A DNA stretch of 61,989 nucleotides from Carcharhinus longimanus. Taxonomy: Eukaryota. Location of the stretch: positions 100,283,279 to 100,345,267 of the forward strand of contig JASCQW010000027.1 of NCBI GenBank assembly GCA_030264375.1. The letters are read 5' to 3'. Positions 1-11,729 of the stretch are shown here, one piece after another. Under the pieces are notes generated by a model. It worked only from the letters and a program-made list of their open reading frames with translations, made no database searches and was not told the DNA's origin. A program made the position numbers and the translations under genes. Each line of letters opens with the position of its first letter. Positions within the stretch are counted from its first letter, which is position 1.

Positions 1-299
1 TCAAGCTCTGTGCACACTTGACAAAAATCCTCCAAAGATAAGTAATTTCATCTCGTGCGCTGTCAGCAAGAGATAAGCATTCAGAAACCACATCCTCATC
101 CATCGATCAGTGGCAAAGCACAACCCATGTTGCATGTAATGGGAATAACAATGCAGCTCTATCTAAACTCGAAACATTGTACTTGGTTGCATCCAGCATT
201 CTTGGCTATTGCCAGGGATGTCCAGCTGAAGGGGATCATGCCAGATCTTAGAAACCAAACCTAAAGCTGAGCAGCTCGAGCAAAAGATGGTTGAAATCC

Positions 300-2340
300 A
301 TTTTCAAAGAATGGAATGATAGATATCAATGAAAGGAGTAACGATATTGTTGTTATTGGGATCTTTCTTGATATTTGGAAGCAATAGATTAAGTTGTTTG
401 TGTATTAAAGAAAATGAAGTGATCACATTTTGTAAAAGAAGGGAATTAATAGTTACCCATACATGGTAAAAAAAAACAAAAATCTTGAAATTCAAAATAA
501 TACTAGATTGACTACAACTTGAGGAAGTGGGGATACTGCAGTCTTGGAAGGGGCTTTTCTCATTTTCCTGCATTGGTTGCCAATTCTGTTCACAATTTGG
601 TTGTGATGGTTTCTTTGAAGTTGAGGAGAGTCAAGAAGTAGAACATTAGGGCAAAGTGGAATCTGGAAGAGCTGGGAGCTCAATGTGGTGTAAGGATCAG
701 AAAACAGATTTGTAACAAAATGAAGGAACAAATCAAGAAAAAAATAAATGAAAGATGGCATGGGCTGTAAGAGGTGATCGGACTGCTGAGAAAATTGTGC
801 GTGTCTCAAAGGAAAAGGGTAAAGTGGTGACCAATAAAATGCTGCTTAAAATGAATGAATGGAAAAAACAGATGATGCAGGAAAGGGGCCAAGATATGTT
901 CAGCAGACTGAAGAACCAGCTCAGGAGAGGTTGATAATTCCGGAGAAATCTAACTGAAAACACGCTGTGGAGGCTTAGAGAGACAAGCCAACAGTGACTT
1001 GTTATCTAAGTGCGCAAAGAAGATGGATGATCTAAACACCAAATACCCAGATCTGAAGAATTGGTTGAAGAAGGAGGAAATTAAGATGAGAACAATGTGT
1101 TGAAGAATTGTGTATTAAAAAGAAAAAGGCCTTGATAACAAAATAAGGAAGAGAGAGATGTTATCAATTGTGTAAAGGCCACAAAGTCCATGAATGTAAG
1201 GTGAAGGTTTTAACAAGTGAGCTCTGGTGTTGTACAAGTCGAGCAGAATCTAATTGCGTGGGAAAAGAACAACAAACAACCTTACTGTTTTGTGCAAAGC
1301 CATGTTCTTTTAAGAAAAAAGACCAAATGATTTTGGAAAACAGTTAAGATACTACAGGGTAGAGAAGTTCCAAATGTTGGAAGATATGGTGAGTTCTGTA
1401 TCATCAGCTTGATTTGACATGCCTCAAAGATTATGCTCAGATTACAAACAAGTTGGTTCATGGGCTATACCTTGGAAAAAGATCTCATTTCATTTTGCAG
1501 AGTCGCTGGAAAAGAGTTGTATGCTAGAGGATTATAGAATATAAAAGTTGTTTATTTTCTCAACAGATTTGGAAAGGCCTTTGAAAAAGTGAACAAGATC
1601 AAACTAATGGAGGTATTAAAAATATATTCGCAAGGAGTGAATAGATAGATGCCCCGTTAAAGGCTTTGTGTCTGGGACAAACTGCAAGTGTTAGCGTAGC
1701 AGATCGTAAGTCAACCAGGACTGATTGGTTGTGAATGTGATAAGAATGCTGCTTTTGTAATCTGTTGTTCAATATATCTGCAGAAATAATGGGAAGAGAA
1801 AGGATTTATCAAGTGGAGGAAGGAGTGAAAGCTGGAATTGATAATCAAAGCTATCACATACGTTGATCACAAAGGGTTGGTAAGCACCATGAGGTAATTG
1901 CATTGTTGGTACAATGTCTAATTGATTTGCCTTTGTTCATATGCGCCAATATTCAGTGGACAACAGGATCAAGAACTGAAGAAAATTAATGAATTTGGTA
2001 CTGAATGTATTGTACTATGGACTTGAAACATAAAGGCAGGCATCAGAAAGTTTTAAGATTTGCATTTGGAGATTCATTAAGCAAGTAACTGAACAGGAAC
2101 AATAATGACAAAGTATTGAAAACGATATTAGTTCACAATTGTTGTAATCTGTAAAACTAAAATTAATTGTACTGGATAAGTGTTGGCAAGAGGTATTTGA
2201 AGGACTGATGGAGGCAAAGTGATATGCAGGGAAGATAAAGAGTTGCTTGTAAATCACGTGAAGAATGGGAGACAGTATGGAGGATTGAAGAGAGAAGCAC
2301 AAAACGCCAATGGTTCAGAGAAGAGTGAATTGAGTCAGGG
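300..2340 (+). mobile_element. Decayed RTE-clade (BovB/RTE-like) LINE
   Basis: Frame-broken remnants of endonuclease (FCKRRELIVTHTW, ~430-467), D.xKAFE (~1566-1590), LFNISAEIMGRE (~1763-1800), a YADD-like site (~1857-1870) and a C-terminal W-rich RTE tail (~2030-2120). Confidence 0.7.
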
Positions 2341-2384
2341 CCTGGCTTAGGTGATTAAATAGCTTTGATGATTAAATATTTAAC

Positions 2385-2942
2385 TTTCTTTTGGTAAAGA
2401 ATGGTTCTCGCAGTTGTCAAACCCAGTCAACACCTGCCATACTGGGACATGAGGACATGTTATGAAATCGAACGTAGAAGCCAGAAAGATTGTGGATGTG
2501 CTGGTTATGATTTTCCAAAATTCCCTAGCTTCTAAAATGACTCCAGCTGACTGGAAGTTAGCAAATGTAACATCGCTATTCAATGTCGGAGGGAAGGGGG
2601 AAACTACAGGCCAGTTAGCCTGACATCAATTGTTGTGAAAATGCTGGAATCTATTGAGGCAATCTGAAGAATACACTTAGAAAATCATATTATGATCAGA
2701 CAAAGCTCAACAACATTTTACAGAAGAAAAATTACGCCCAATTTATGAAAGATTTTTGAGGATGTAACACGTCGGATAGGCAAAGGGAACCAGTATACTA
2801 GAACTCCGAAAAAGATATTGGATCAGGTGTCACACACAAGATATGGGCTGATAAAGTTGACAGTATCATGTTAGTATGGGTGTCAGTGGACAAGAATTAG
2901 AGATTAAGGATAAATCGTGCATTTGGAAGTTGGCAGGCTGGG
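2385..2942 (+). mobile_element. CR1 LINE ORF2 fragment
   Basis: Encodes IFQNSL..PADWKLANVTSLF and GNYRPVSLTSIVVKMLESI, typical of CR1 pre-RT sequence. Confidence 0.85.
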
Positions 2943-4267
2943 GTCTCCATGAGGTTGTACTCCTGCTTCCCACTAGATCTGTAATTTAATCATATGATCA
3001 GTCTTTACTCAACATTCTCGCCCCTCCCATCAACCCATACACTTTCACAACCATTCATCCATTCACATGGATATGGCAGCTTGTGCTATAAAAAGGGGGT
3101 GCGTTTGTCTTTTCTCATCTCTACTCTGATCTGATGGAGTTCTCCAAGGACCACTGTGCTCTGCCTTTGTGAGAAAGTCGGAAGCCCAGCCAAAAGATGG
3201 GACGCAGCATTGAGATGGGGTAAGTTTGAGCGAAGAGGCATTCTATCATTGACTGTGCTCCTTGGAAGGTCCACGCTGATTTTATTCAGGATCTGAACTG
3301 GGCATGGTGAGTTGCATAGAAGAGAGCAAGAAGGCTTGTTGTCAGGGCACCATCTCCTTTGACCTAAATGCAAGATTGAGACCTGAATGTCTTGCGTCCT
3401 TTGCTATATTCTCTTTCTACAATTAAGATCTAATTTTCACACCCTTGACCAAACTGCTGCTTTGCTTCCGTCTCAGTTTCCTTTTGACTTTCTGTCATCG
3501 AAGAACATTCTTCTGGCCCCAAAAAAATGCATGTTAGAAAAATCAATTTTCGGTCACAGCAGATGAATTCATGAACCGTTCAAGATACTTCTGGATTATT
3601 TTGTGTAAATAAATAAAGGGAGTGAAAGACAACTTCAAATAAAAATGTACTTGTTCGAAGGACAACATTTGCTCAGGTGATATCTGCCTCAATCTCCTGA
3701 TCTATACTCAGGAAGATTCTTGACACGAGGGCGATTTTCTCAAGAGGGCCTTCTGCAGCTTGAATAGGGAAGCTTGCTAAGAGATTGCTGGCATTTAAAA
3801 TATGTTCATTGACACTACTTATTCTTGTGGCTCCTGTTATGATCCCCATGATAGCAAATAAAGAACTCCTCCAAACAACTCCAATGTAAAAACCCCATGG
3901 GTAAGATTTCACTTTTTAAAACTATTCCTGTAACAATCAAACCAAAACCAACATTTATCAATCATGAACTGACCAAAAAATTGTGTGCAATTGAAACCAT
4001 GAATTACTCTTTAAATATCTGTAAGTAAATGTTTGAGTCATGGTCCACAAATGACCGTACACTGATGATATATAGCCCAGGGCACCACTCCATAAATATG
4101 GAGCAAGTTGAGGAGGGAGGCCTCCACAATTACCATAGACAGTACAGGCATCACACTCTGGCCACATTCCCAACTAAGCTAAGATAAATCTCTCTGATTT
4201 CTTAGCCTATAATCTTAGCGCATATATGGCACTGCATGTCATCCTAAATGTCTCTGATAACTAAATT

Positions 4268-6342
4268 CATAAGAACATAAGAAATAGGAGCAGGCATAGG
4301 CTATCTGGCCTCTTGAGCCTGCTCTGCTATCCAATCAGATTATGGCTGATCTTTGTGTGGACTCAGCTCCACTTACCCACCCGCTTATCATGACCCTTAA
4401 TTCCTTTACTGTTGCCTTAAAAATATTCAATGAGTTTGCCTCAACTGCTTCACTGGGAAGGAAATTCCAGATTTCACAACCCTTCATGAAGAAGTTCCTG
4501 TTCAATTCAGTCGTGAATCTGCTTCCTCTTATTTAGAGGCTATGCCCCTTAGTTCTAGTTTCACCCGCCAGTGGGAACAACGCCCCTGCTTCGATTTTAT
4601 CTATTCCCTTCATAATCTCACATGTTTCTATAAGATCTCCGCTTATTCTTCTGAATTCCAATGAGTATAGCCCCAGTCGACTCAGTCTTTCCTCATAAGC
4701 CAACACTCTCAACTCCGGAATCAACCTAGTGAATCTCCTCTGCACCCCCTCCAGCGCCAGTGTATCCTTTCTCAAGTAAGGAGACCAAAACTGTACATAG
4801 TACTCCAGGTGTGGCCTCATACAGCGCCTTATACAGCTGCAACATAACCTCACTGTTTTTAAACTCCATCCCTGTAGCAATGAAGAACATTTGCCTTCTT
4901 AATTACCTGCTGCACCTGCAAACCAACTCCTTGTGATTCTTACACTAGGACACCCAGATCCCTCTGCACAGCAGCATGCTGCAATTGTTTACCATTTGAA
5001 TAATAGTCCATTTTGCTGTTATTCCTATCAAAATGGATGACATTTACCAACATTGTACTCCATTTGCCAGACCCTCGCCCACTCATTTAGACTATCTATA
5101 TCCCTTTGCAGACTTTCAGTGTCCTCTCCACATTTCGCTCTGCTATCCATCTTTTGAATTTTGACACACGACACTTGGTCCCCAACTCCAAATCATCTAT
5201 GTAAATTGTAAACAATTGTGGCCCCAACACTGCTCCCTGAGGCAGACCACTCGTTACTAATCGCCAACCAGAAAAACACCCATTTACCCCCACTCTTGGC
5301 TTTCTGTGAGTTAACCAATCTTCTAACCATGCTAATACACTATCCGTAACACTGTGCACNNNNNNNNNNNNNNNNNNNNNNNNNNNNNNNNNNNNNNNNN
5401 NNNNNNNNNNNNNNNNNNNNNNNNNNNATCCATAGGTTTCCCCATTGTCCACTGCACATGTAATGTTCTCATAGAATTCCACCAAATTAGTCAAACATGA
5501 CCTGCCCCTCATGAACCCATGCTGCGTTTTATCAATGGGACAATTTATATCCAGATATCTCGCTATTTCTTTCTTGATGGTAGATTCAAGCATTTTCCCT
5601 ACTACTGAAGTTAAGCTAACTAGCCTATGGTTACCTGCCTTTGTCTACCTCCTTTTTTAAAACTTGGTGTCACATTGGCTGTTTTACAGTCTGCGGGAAC
5701 CACCCCAGAGTCCAGCAAATTTTGGTAAATTACCACGAGTGCATTTGCTATTTCTCCCCCCATCTCTTTTAATGCCTCGGGATGCATTTCGTCAGGACCA
5801 GGAGACTTGTCTACTTTTAGCCACATTAACTTGCCCAACACCACCTCTTCGGTGATAATAGTTTCTTGGTCCTCACTTGCCGTAGCCTTCCTGTCATCAA
5901 TTTTTGGCATGTTATTTGTGTCTTCCACTGTGAAGACTGACACACAATACCTGTTCAATGCCTCAGCCATTTTCTCATTTCCAGTTATTGTATCCCCCTT
6001 CTCATCCTCTAAAGGACCAATGTTTACTTTAGCCACTCTTTGTTTTCTGTATTCGTAGAAACCTTTGCTATCTGTTTGTATGTTCTGAGTTGGTTTACTC
6101 TCATAAGCTATCTTCCTTTTCTTTATAGCTTTTTTTGTGGCTTTCTCTTGACCTTTAAAGATTTCCCAATTCTGTAGGTTCCCACTAATCTTTTGCCACT
6201 TTGTATGCATTTTTTTTTCAATTTGATACCCTCCTTTATTTCCTTTGATATCTACGGCTGATGACTCCTTTTTCTGCAGTCCTTCCTTATCACTGGTATA
6301 TACTTTTGCTGAGCACTGTGCAAGATCTCTTTGAAAGTCCTG
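4268..6342 (-). mobile_element. 5'-truncated CR1/HER1-type LINE inserted into the viral L gene
   Basis: ORF-track peptides [41 protein letters not shown] and RPHLEYYVQFWSP. The 3' terminal repeat reads cataagaacataagaa on the + strand at 4268. Contains gap 5360-5427. Confidence 0.95.
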
Positions 6343-6784
6343 CAGTTTCCAGAGTCACCTTCATCAAACCACTAAGTAGCCTCTCGGATATACAACATGG
6401 TCAGCTCGGATAAAAGGTTTCCAGCTCTTCATGCCTGAGTGGCTCACCCAGCTTTTGAGATTTTCTTTCTTTCAGCTAGCACCATTTCACAGTCACGCTC
6501 CTGTCTTGACAACAGGCTAAAGTTCAATTTCCTAGCCTGATTCCTGTTTCACAATCCACTTCTGTTTCACTCGCAACCTGCCAGAGGCCCTTCTCTCTGA
6601 AGTCTGATGTCACACCCAGAAAGTCCTCTCCAAGAAATCTGGCTTTTGGTTTCCTCTTTCAGTTAGGGATAGTTTCAAACAATATAGACTTTGAAAGCAT
6701 TCCATCACACTCCAGAGTTACTCCTCCTTCAATTTTTCCATGGTAAAGTGGTTTTGTAGCCTGGGACGTCACATTTCTATTATA

Positions 6785-6975
6785 ATAAAAGCAAATTTTT
6801 GCAGATGCTAGAATCTGAAAAAAAAAACAAAATGCTGGAAAATGTCAACAGGCCTGAAAACATCCGTGGAGAGAGAACAGAGTTCATGTTTCAAGTCTGG
6901 AGCAGAGTTATCCTGACTTAAAACGTTAGTCCTGCTGTTTCTCCATAGGTTCTGTCATAGCTGCTGAGATGACAT
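6785..6975. mobile_element. Penelope-derived inverted-repeat element, degenerate, inserted in viral L
   Basis: Similar to the palindromic element at 57742-57960 (gatgctagaatctgaaa...aaatgctggaaaat...gtttcaagtctg...aaacgttag). Confidence 0.7.
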
Positions 6976-9900
6976 TCCTTCGTTGTTTAAAATTAGAGCA
7001 AAGAATTAGACAGCAGAACCCAAGTATTTGCCTCGTTGTTGAAGACTATGTACGAGACTCACAATGGCAAGGGTACCAAGTGAATATCTTCACCTGTCAT
7101 TAGCATAGTGCTCTTTGCATTGCCAGGCAACACTTCCATCTTAACAGGAAGGATAGCACACCTTACAAAATTCTACACTTGGGTGTTGTGGTGCCTAATA
7201 AGGTCAAGGAGGATTAGTTTGGAGTTATATTAAGTGACAGCCGTCCAATTGCATTCATTGTGGATATTATGAAAATAGTTGTAAGCTGTGAACCTACATG
7301 ATATTATCATATCTGGAATTTGGTATGATGCATGGATTGACTTATATGGGACCAATCTGAGTTGTATATCCATATATAATGGACCTCCTATGTACTGAGA
7401 CTGGTTGAAGGGTGCCCTAACATTGTCTAATCCCAAAGGATGTGCAGAATGCATTCAATTTTCATCTAATCAGACTTGACCATCCACAATTGAAGTTTGG
7501 GAATCCGGCATTGCAAGTGCAACAGCGAAGGATAAAAATTGACACTGTGAGGCTGTGCAGATGTTTGCAAAGCCGATCATTTGAATAAATTCATTGAACT
7601 TCCGATGATATCATTGAGAACAGAATGGATCAGTCGCTGCCTCCCAAACGGGTACTTGTAATAGCTTTTCTTATTCTCAGTAAGTTTTTAGAGAGCAGAT
7701 AATTGGGACTTAATTTATGGGCAATAAAAAATCTTCATGGAAAGCTTTCATTCTGTCTTAACCTGTTGAATATGTACAATCTGATACACGGATGCTTTTT
7801 GAGCCTGAATGAGAACATGCTATAATTAACAACTTCAAGTCGCAGTTACACAAAACATCTTGACAGATAAAATAGTACTACTCAAGTAATTTACCCTTCT
7901 GTGGTCAGATTGTAGTGTTGCAATGGATTCGTTCTAAATTCTGATTTATTTCAGTATTTTGTAGATTACTGCTCAAAGGATTGCTTGTGTAATGTAGCTG
8001 CTTGGTAACTTTTACCCATTACTGGGTCGGTGCCAGTAAAACACAAGTATTGCTCATCAAGGGGAATGCATCTTGAATGTTTTTGTTGCTTATGGCTTTG
8101 AGTACATGCAGTATCTTGCAAAGAAATGGGGATTCTGTCTGCTAATGTTCACTGCATTTTCCTGACAATTGCACACACCACAGCTAGATCACTGAACTGT
8201 AGGAGATTTATACCGCTTAAAATTGCTTGTTTATGCCTGAGAATTATTTTTAAAAAATCATTAGTATAGTTAATACCATGATTGCTTGACATTTGAGTAT
8301 GACAGCAACAGGATTTGAATTGTTCCAGTACATTGGTCGCCTGTTTTACATGGATTGAAATTTGACCTTTCTCTTGTTTATCACACAGAATTCCTCCCCC
8401 ATCCCGATCCCTGATCTTTTGTTAACAGTTGGTATCCAATTAATGATCGTCTTGGGCAGAATCAATTGCCTTCAATCTCCGCTGAGAAAAGTTTGAGAGA
8501 TCAGTCAGACAACTCAGAGCAGATACTGTTCGGATAAAGGAAGCCTACTTGTCTGAAGGGGATTGTCTCAAATCAAAAAGTACACTCTCTTTTTGACATT
8601 TAGAAAATTGTAATTCTACTTTGGAAAACGTTGAACGGAACATAGATGATTATTTTTGAGAGTAGAAACCCTCTATTTCTCCTGTGTGTTGCAGATATAA
8701 GGGTGTTGTATGTGCTCATCAACTTCTTGTAGGGGCTAATTCATCAAGAAGGGGAAAAAAAAGTTCAAAATCCCAGTAAATCAGTCATACTAGAATTTGA
8801 TCAATGGTATATGAGACAAGTTTCGATAAGTTTTTTGCCGATGCCCTTCACTTACCAGTTTTCCTGGTTTTTCCTCCTCTGGTAGATGGTGTTGTCTACA
8901 AAATGGCAGGTTATGAGGTACTTTCTGACTCTCCATCCAACCATTTTTGCCATTATTTTCTGGACAGGCGAAATGTAAATAAGCTTAGATTTGTTGTTCA
9001 CCTCCATTTTTTTCTGTTTTCTTTCCAACTGACCTGTCTCTCTGGTTCTGGGCTAACCAGATGCAGCTACCTGTCCACTTAATTTCACAAGACTTCATTT
9101 CATGAAGTCTTTTCCTGAAGTCTTGTCCATGCGACGTGCGAGCAGATCTCTGGATCATGTTTGTCCATCAGATTTCTGTTGCTAACAGTGTGAAGCTGCT
9201 GCAGGAACTTTATATAAGGGTATCAGATTTGGGGCTGGTGGGAGACGGGGTGGAACGGGCATGGTTCCAATCTCTTTCTCTTTGGAAGGTTTTTTTAAAT
9301 TGTTCTCTACCCTCACTTTCTTTTCAAATTACTCAAGGATGGAGCAAAGATCTTCGGTGCATATCATCTCAGATTTCAACAGCTAATTTGAAACATTAGT
9401 TTTGGAAAATGAATGTCCACTAGTATACATAGAAAAGCTGTTTAAACTGATCTGAGGAGCTGAATAAACTGGTTGGAAATAAGTTTTATCCAAACTGACA
9501 CATGTACGGTCAGTGGTCTGTCTACATTCGCATGCTTTTGACAGTCAATCAGTGGGTTCAACCCATACACCAGTCAAAGTTAGATCAAGGAAGCTCTGCG
9601 CTTTTTCTTTTACCGGGACTGGAGGCTATTCGTCCAAAGCAATCGTGTTATGTGGAAGGTATCCATGAAGAACGAGGCAGGTTGCTTGGAGGATAACTTC
9701 AATGATGTTGCAATTCATTAACCAAATGTGAGTTTTCCCCAATGTGGGCTGCGTAGGAACCTCTGCCAGAATTAAACTTCAATAATGACTTGGTTACGCT
9801 CACAATTTTGTGTTTGCCTCCAAAGAGATAAGTGCGAAATTGTACATTTTTCGATGCACATAACGCTACCTAGCCATCTGTATTTATTTGTGTGGATGTA

Positions 9901-10287
9901 CATTTCGAAGGTTGGAGCATGATTGACTGACTGCTGTCTTAATTGAAAATTTATTTTATATAAGCAGACTATTCCTTTTTTTTCGACATGAATGTGTGTT
10001 AAGTGATTTTATTTAAGAATTCTTTTTATTCTTGTTGCCAAAAGGCAAGAAAATTAATCGAATTATGTGTTGGTTTTTATGGGAGTAGGTTTGTGTCAGG
10101 GAGTTGGGGTGTGTATTGTGTTTATTTCCATGAAAATAAATCTCATAATTTAGGTACTTCACGAATTTTAAACTCTGCCTCGGCAACAAATTCACCATTT
10201 GTGTAATGCCAGTAAATTGACCAAAGACATAAGCATGTACCTGTGGTACAAGTTGTGACAAACTTGTGCCCCACAATCTTTGTCCGT

Positions 10288-10390
10288 CATAAGAACATAA
10301 CAAATAGGAGCAGGAGTAGGCCATCTTGCCCTTCGAGTCTGCCCCACCGTTCAATAAGATCATGGCTGATCTGAAGTGGCTCAGTCCAGC
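10288..10390 (-). mobile_element. CR1 3'-end fragment inserted in viral L
   Basis: cataagaacataacaaataggagcaggagtaggccatc...gatcatggctgatct, matching the tails at 4268 and 61915. Confidence 0.85.
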
Positions 10391-10894
10391 TCGTCTTCTC
10401 ACATCATAATGCCTATACTCAGGACTGTTTTTGAGGGTTTATCTTGGCTTGGCTCGAACTAATTTTTGTGATTTTATTCTTAGGAATGCCTCTGAATCCA
10501 GCTGCTGTAGAATGTGAATTTAGAAAAAAAAAAGTCACATCAGTGTTGGGTCTTTGAAATTCATTCATAATTTTATTATTTACTTTCTCAAAGGAAATCA
10601 GGGAAGGAATACCTGTGGAGATGGAGTCTCAAGACAGAATACAAATTGAACAAAGTTCACACAGTGTGCGCTCAGGATCACTTTTGCAAAATACCTTTTG
10701 CAAAAATAACCTGATATTGTGCAGAAATTCTTTTGGGTTCCCTATAATTGGAGTTTTGCTAGATCTCAGCATTATCCAATTATTGAATCACTGCTCCATT
10801 CAGTCTCCTCTTTCTTCAAAAACATATCCATTCCAAAGTCGATTCCACATTGCAGTGGCAAGCTTTTGCCTGACAAAACTGAATTTTTACTTTT

Positions 10895-10982
10895 GCTACC
10901 AAATAAACCTGTTGGACTTTAACCTGGTGTTGTGAGATTTATTATGTTTACCCTAGTCCAAAGCCAGCATTTCCACATCTAA
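10895..10982 (+). mobile_element. Penelope-type terminal-repeat fragment
   Basis: ccaaataaacctgttggactttaacctggtgttgtgaga, shared with the copies at ~12566 and ~49179. Confidence 0.7.
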
Positions 10983-11729
10983 AGTCAACTTTGCACTTCC
11001 TAATTAGGTGATTCTACTTGGGCATAGAAAAAACCCAAACTGGACAATGAATTCTGATATTGCGATTCAACCAGAAATGGAGGGAAATGTCTCTCAATGA
11101 ATGCTTTCAGTGAATTCCAATCAGAACCTTCAACATTGTCAACTATAACTAGTGGGTTAATCTGAAAGGAATTAAATCCTTCGGTGGGGTTATGGGCAAT
11201 TTATTAGAGCACTGCTTAATGACTACAGAGTGCCCTGGAGGATGAAAATGCTGAACGGAAAGGACTAGAGTTTTTACTATTCTCTGGGAAACATTTTGAA
11301 ATATGAACCTAGCTGTTTGCAATGGGTAACCTAACTCCTCTTTGTTTAATCAGATGACAGAAACAAATTGGCAAATTGGATCATAAGGACATTATTTACA
11401 TTTGTGTAAAAATGCAGGTGAAACCAAGAAGTCCATGTTGTCAAGAGATCTATTAATTGCAACACATTCACAAGCACTTTATATTTAGATCTAAAAGTGG
11501 TGAGAAGATTTTGGAAAGCAAGGATTAGGAAGGGGAAAACACATAGTACGTGTTAATGGCATCTGCAGCCTATAAATGAGAAAAGTGTGTGCAATGAAAT
11601 GCAACTAAAGGAATAGATATTAAAACTCAGTCCACTTTGACAATTTTCACCCTGTTACTGGTTACAGCCTGGTCACTCTCTGATAGTGGAAAACTCCAGA
11701 TGCAAAGAATATTCAGCTGTGTCTGTCTC

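Larger units (their letters stand above)
2998..11150 (-). pseudogene. Endogenous paramyxovirus-like (Mononegavirales) L polymerase gene, degenerate, interrupted by TEs
   Basis: Minus-strand translation with stops and frameshifts gives motifs in L order: FQLR (9948-9937), LHGY..*PPV (NGY..WPP, ~9670-9617), MKSCEIKWTG (KEKEIKxxGR, 9098-9069), NLSK/CL (motif A, ~8832-8810), GEIEGFYSQK (motif B, 8682-8653), LI*DNP (motif C GDNQ, 8576-8559), LKAID and QKI..DG..IL (motif D region), GTDPV (GDP, ~8034-8020), PY/GTTT (GxxT, 7203-7184), SLVHSLQ (NLxHRL, 7059-7039), GGLPP and YLKSNSWFQL (connector), IGVVWRSSLFA and AAEG (MTase, AAEG 3759-3748), FICCD (3567-3553), C-terminal VKVYGLMGGARMLSKD* with TGA at 3000-2998. 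The 5' limit is uncertain. Confidence 0.85.

Noticed and set aside
3958-6420. Paramyxovirus nucleocapsid-like motifs (YIREA/LSGLMK; APYLWSGALG resembling YPxLWSYAMG)
   Set aside because: The same segments fit the L connector (NxLxEF-like, GLPP, YLxxxSxxQ) and lie exactly between the capping and methyltransferase motifs, so a continuous L is more parsimonious. An HMM test should still confirm this.
7230-7680. Resemblance to paramyxovirus M protein or polyomavirus VP1 (LLQVPVWEA; DIQLRLVPYKSI)
   Set aside because: Only scattered identities, and the region sits colinearly between L RdRp and GxxT motifs.
8488-8514. SCLTDLSNF as RdRp motif A (permuted palm)
   Set aside because: A motif-A candidate exists at the canonical position upstream of B and C, so this is likely coincidence.
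9208-9217. TATA box on the minus strand suggesting a nested gene
   Set aside because: It lies within the L-like coding remnant and there is no downstream intact ORF.
10143-10287. Possible HN/G attachment-protein C-terminus (VTTC..CLC..FKIREVPKL*)
   Set aside because: It would require loss of most of the L N-terminus, while L-like sequence plausibly continues upstream. The similarity is weak and unresolved.
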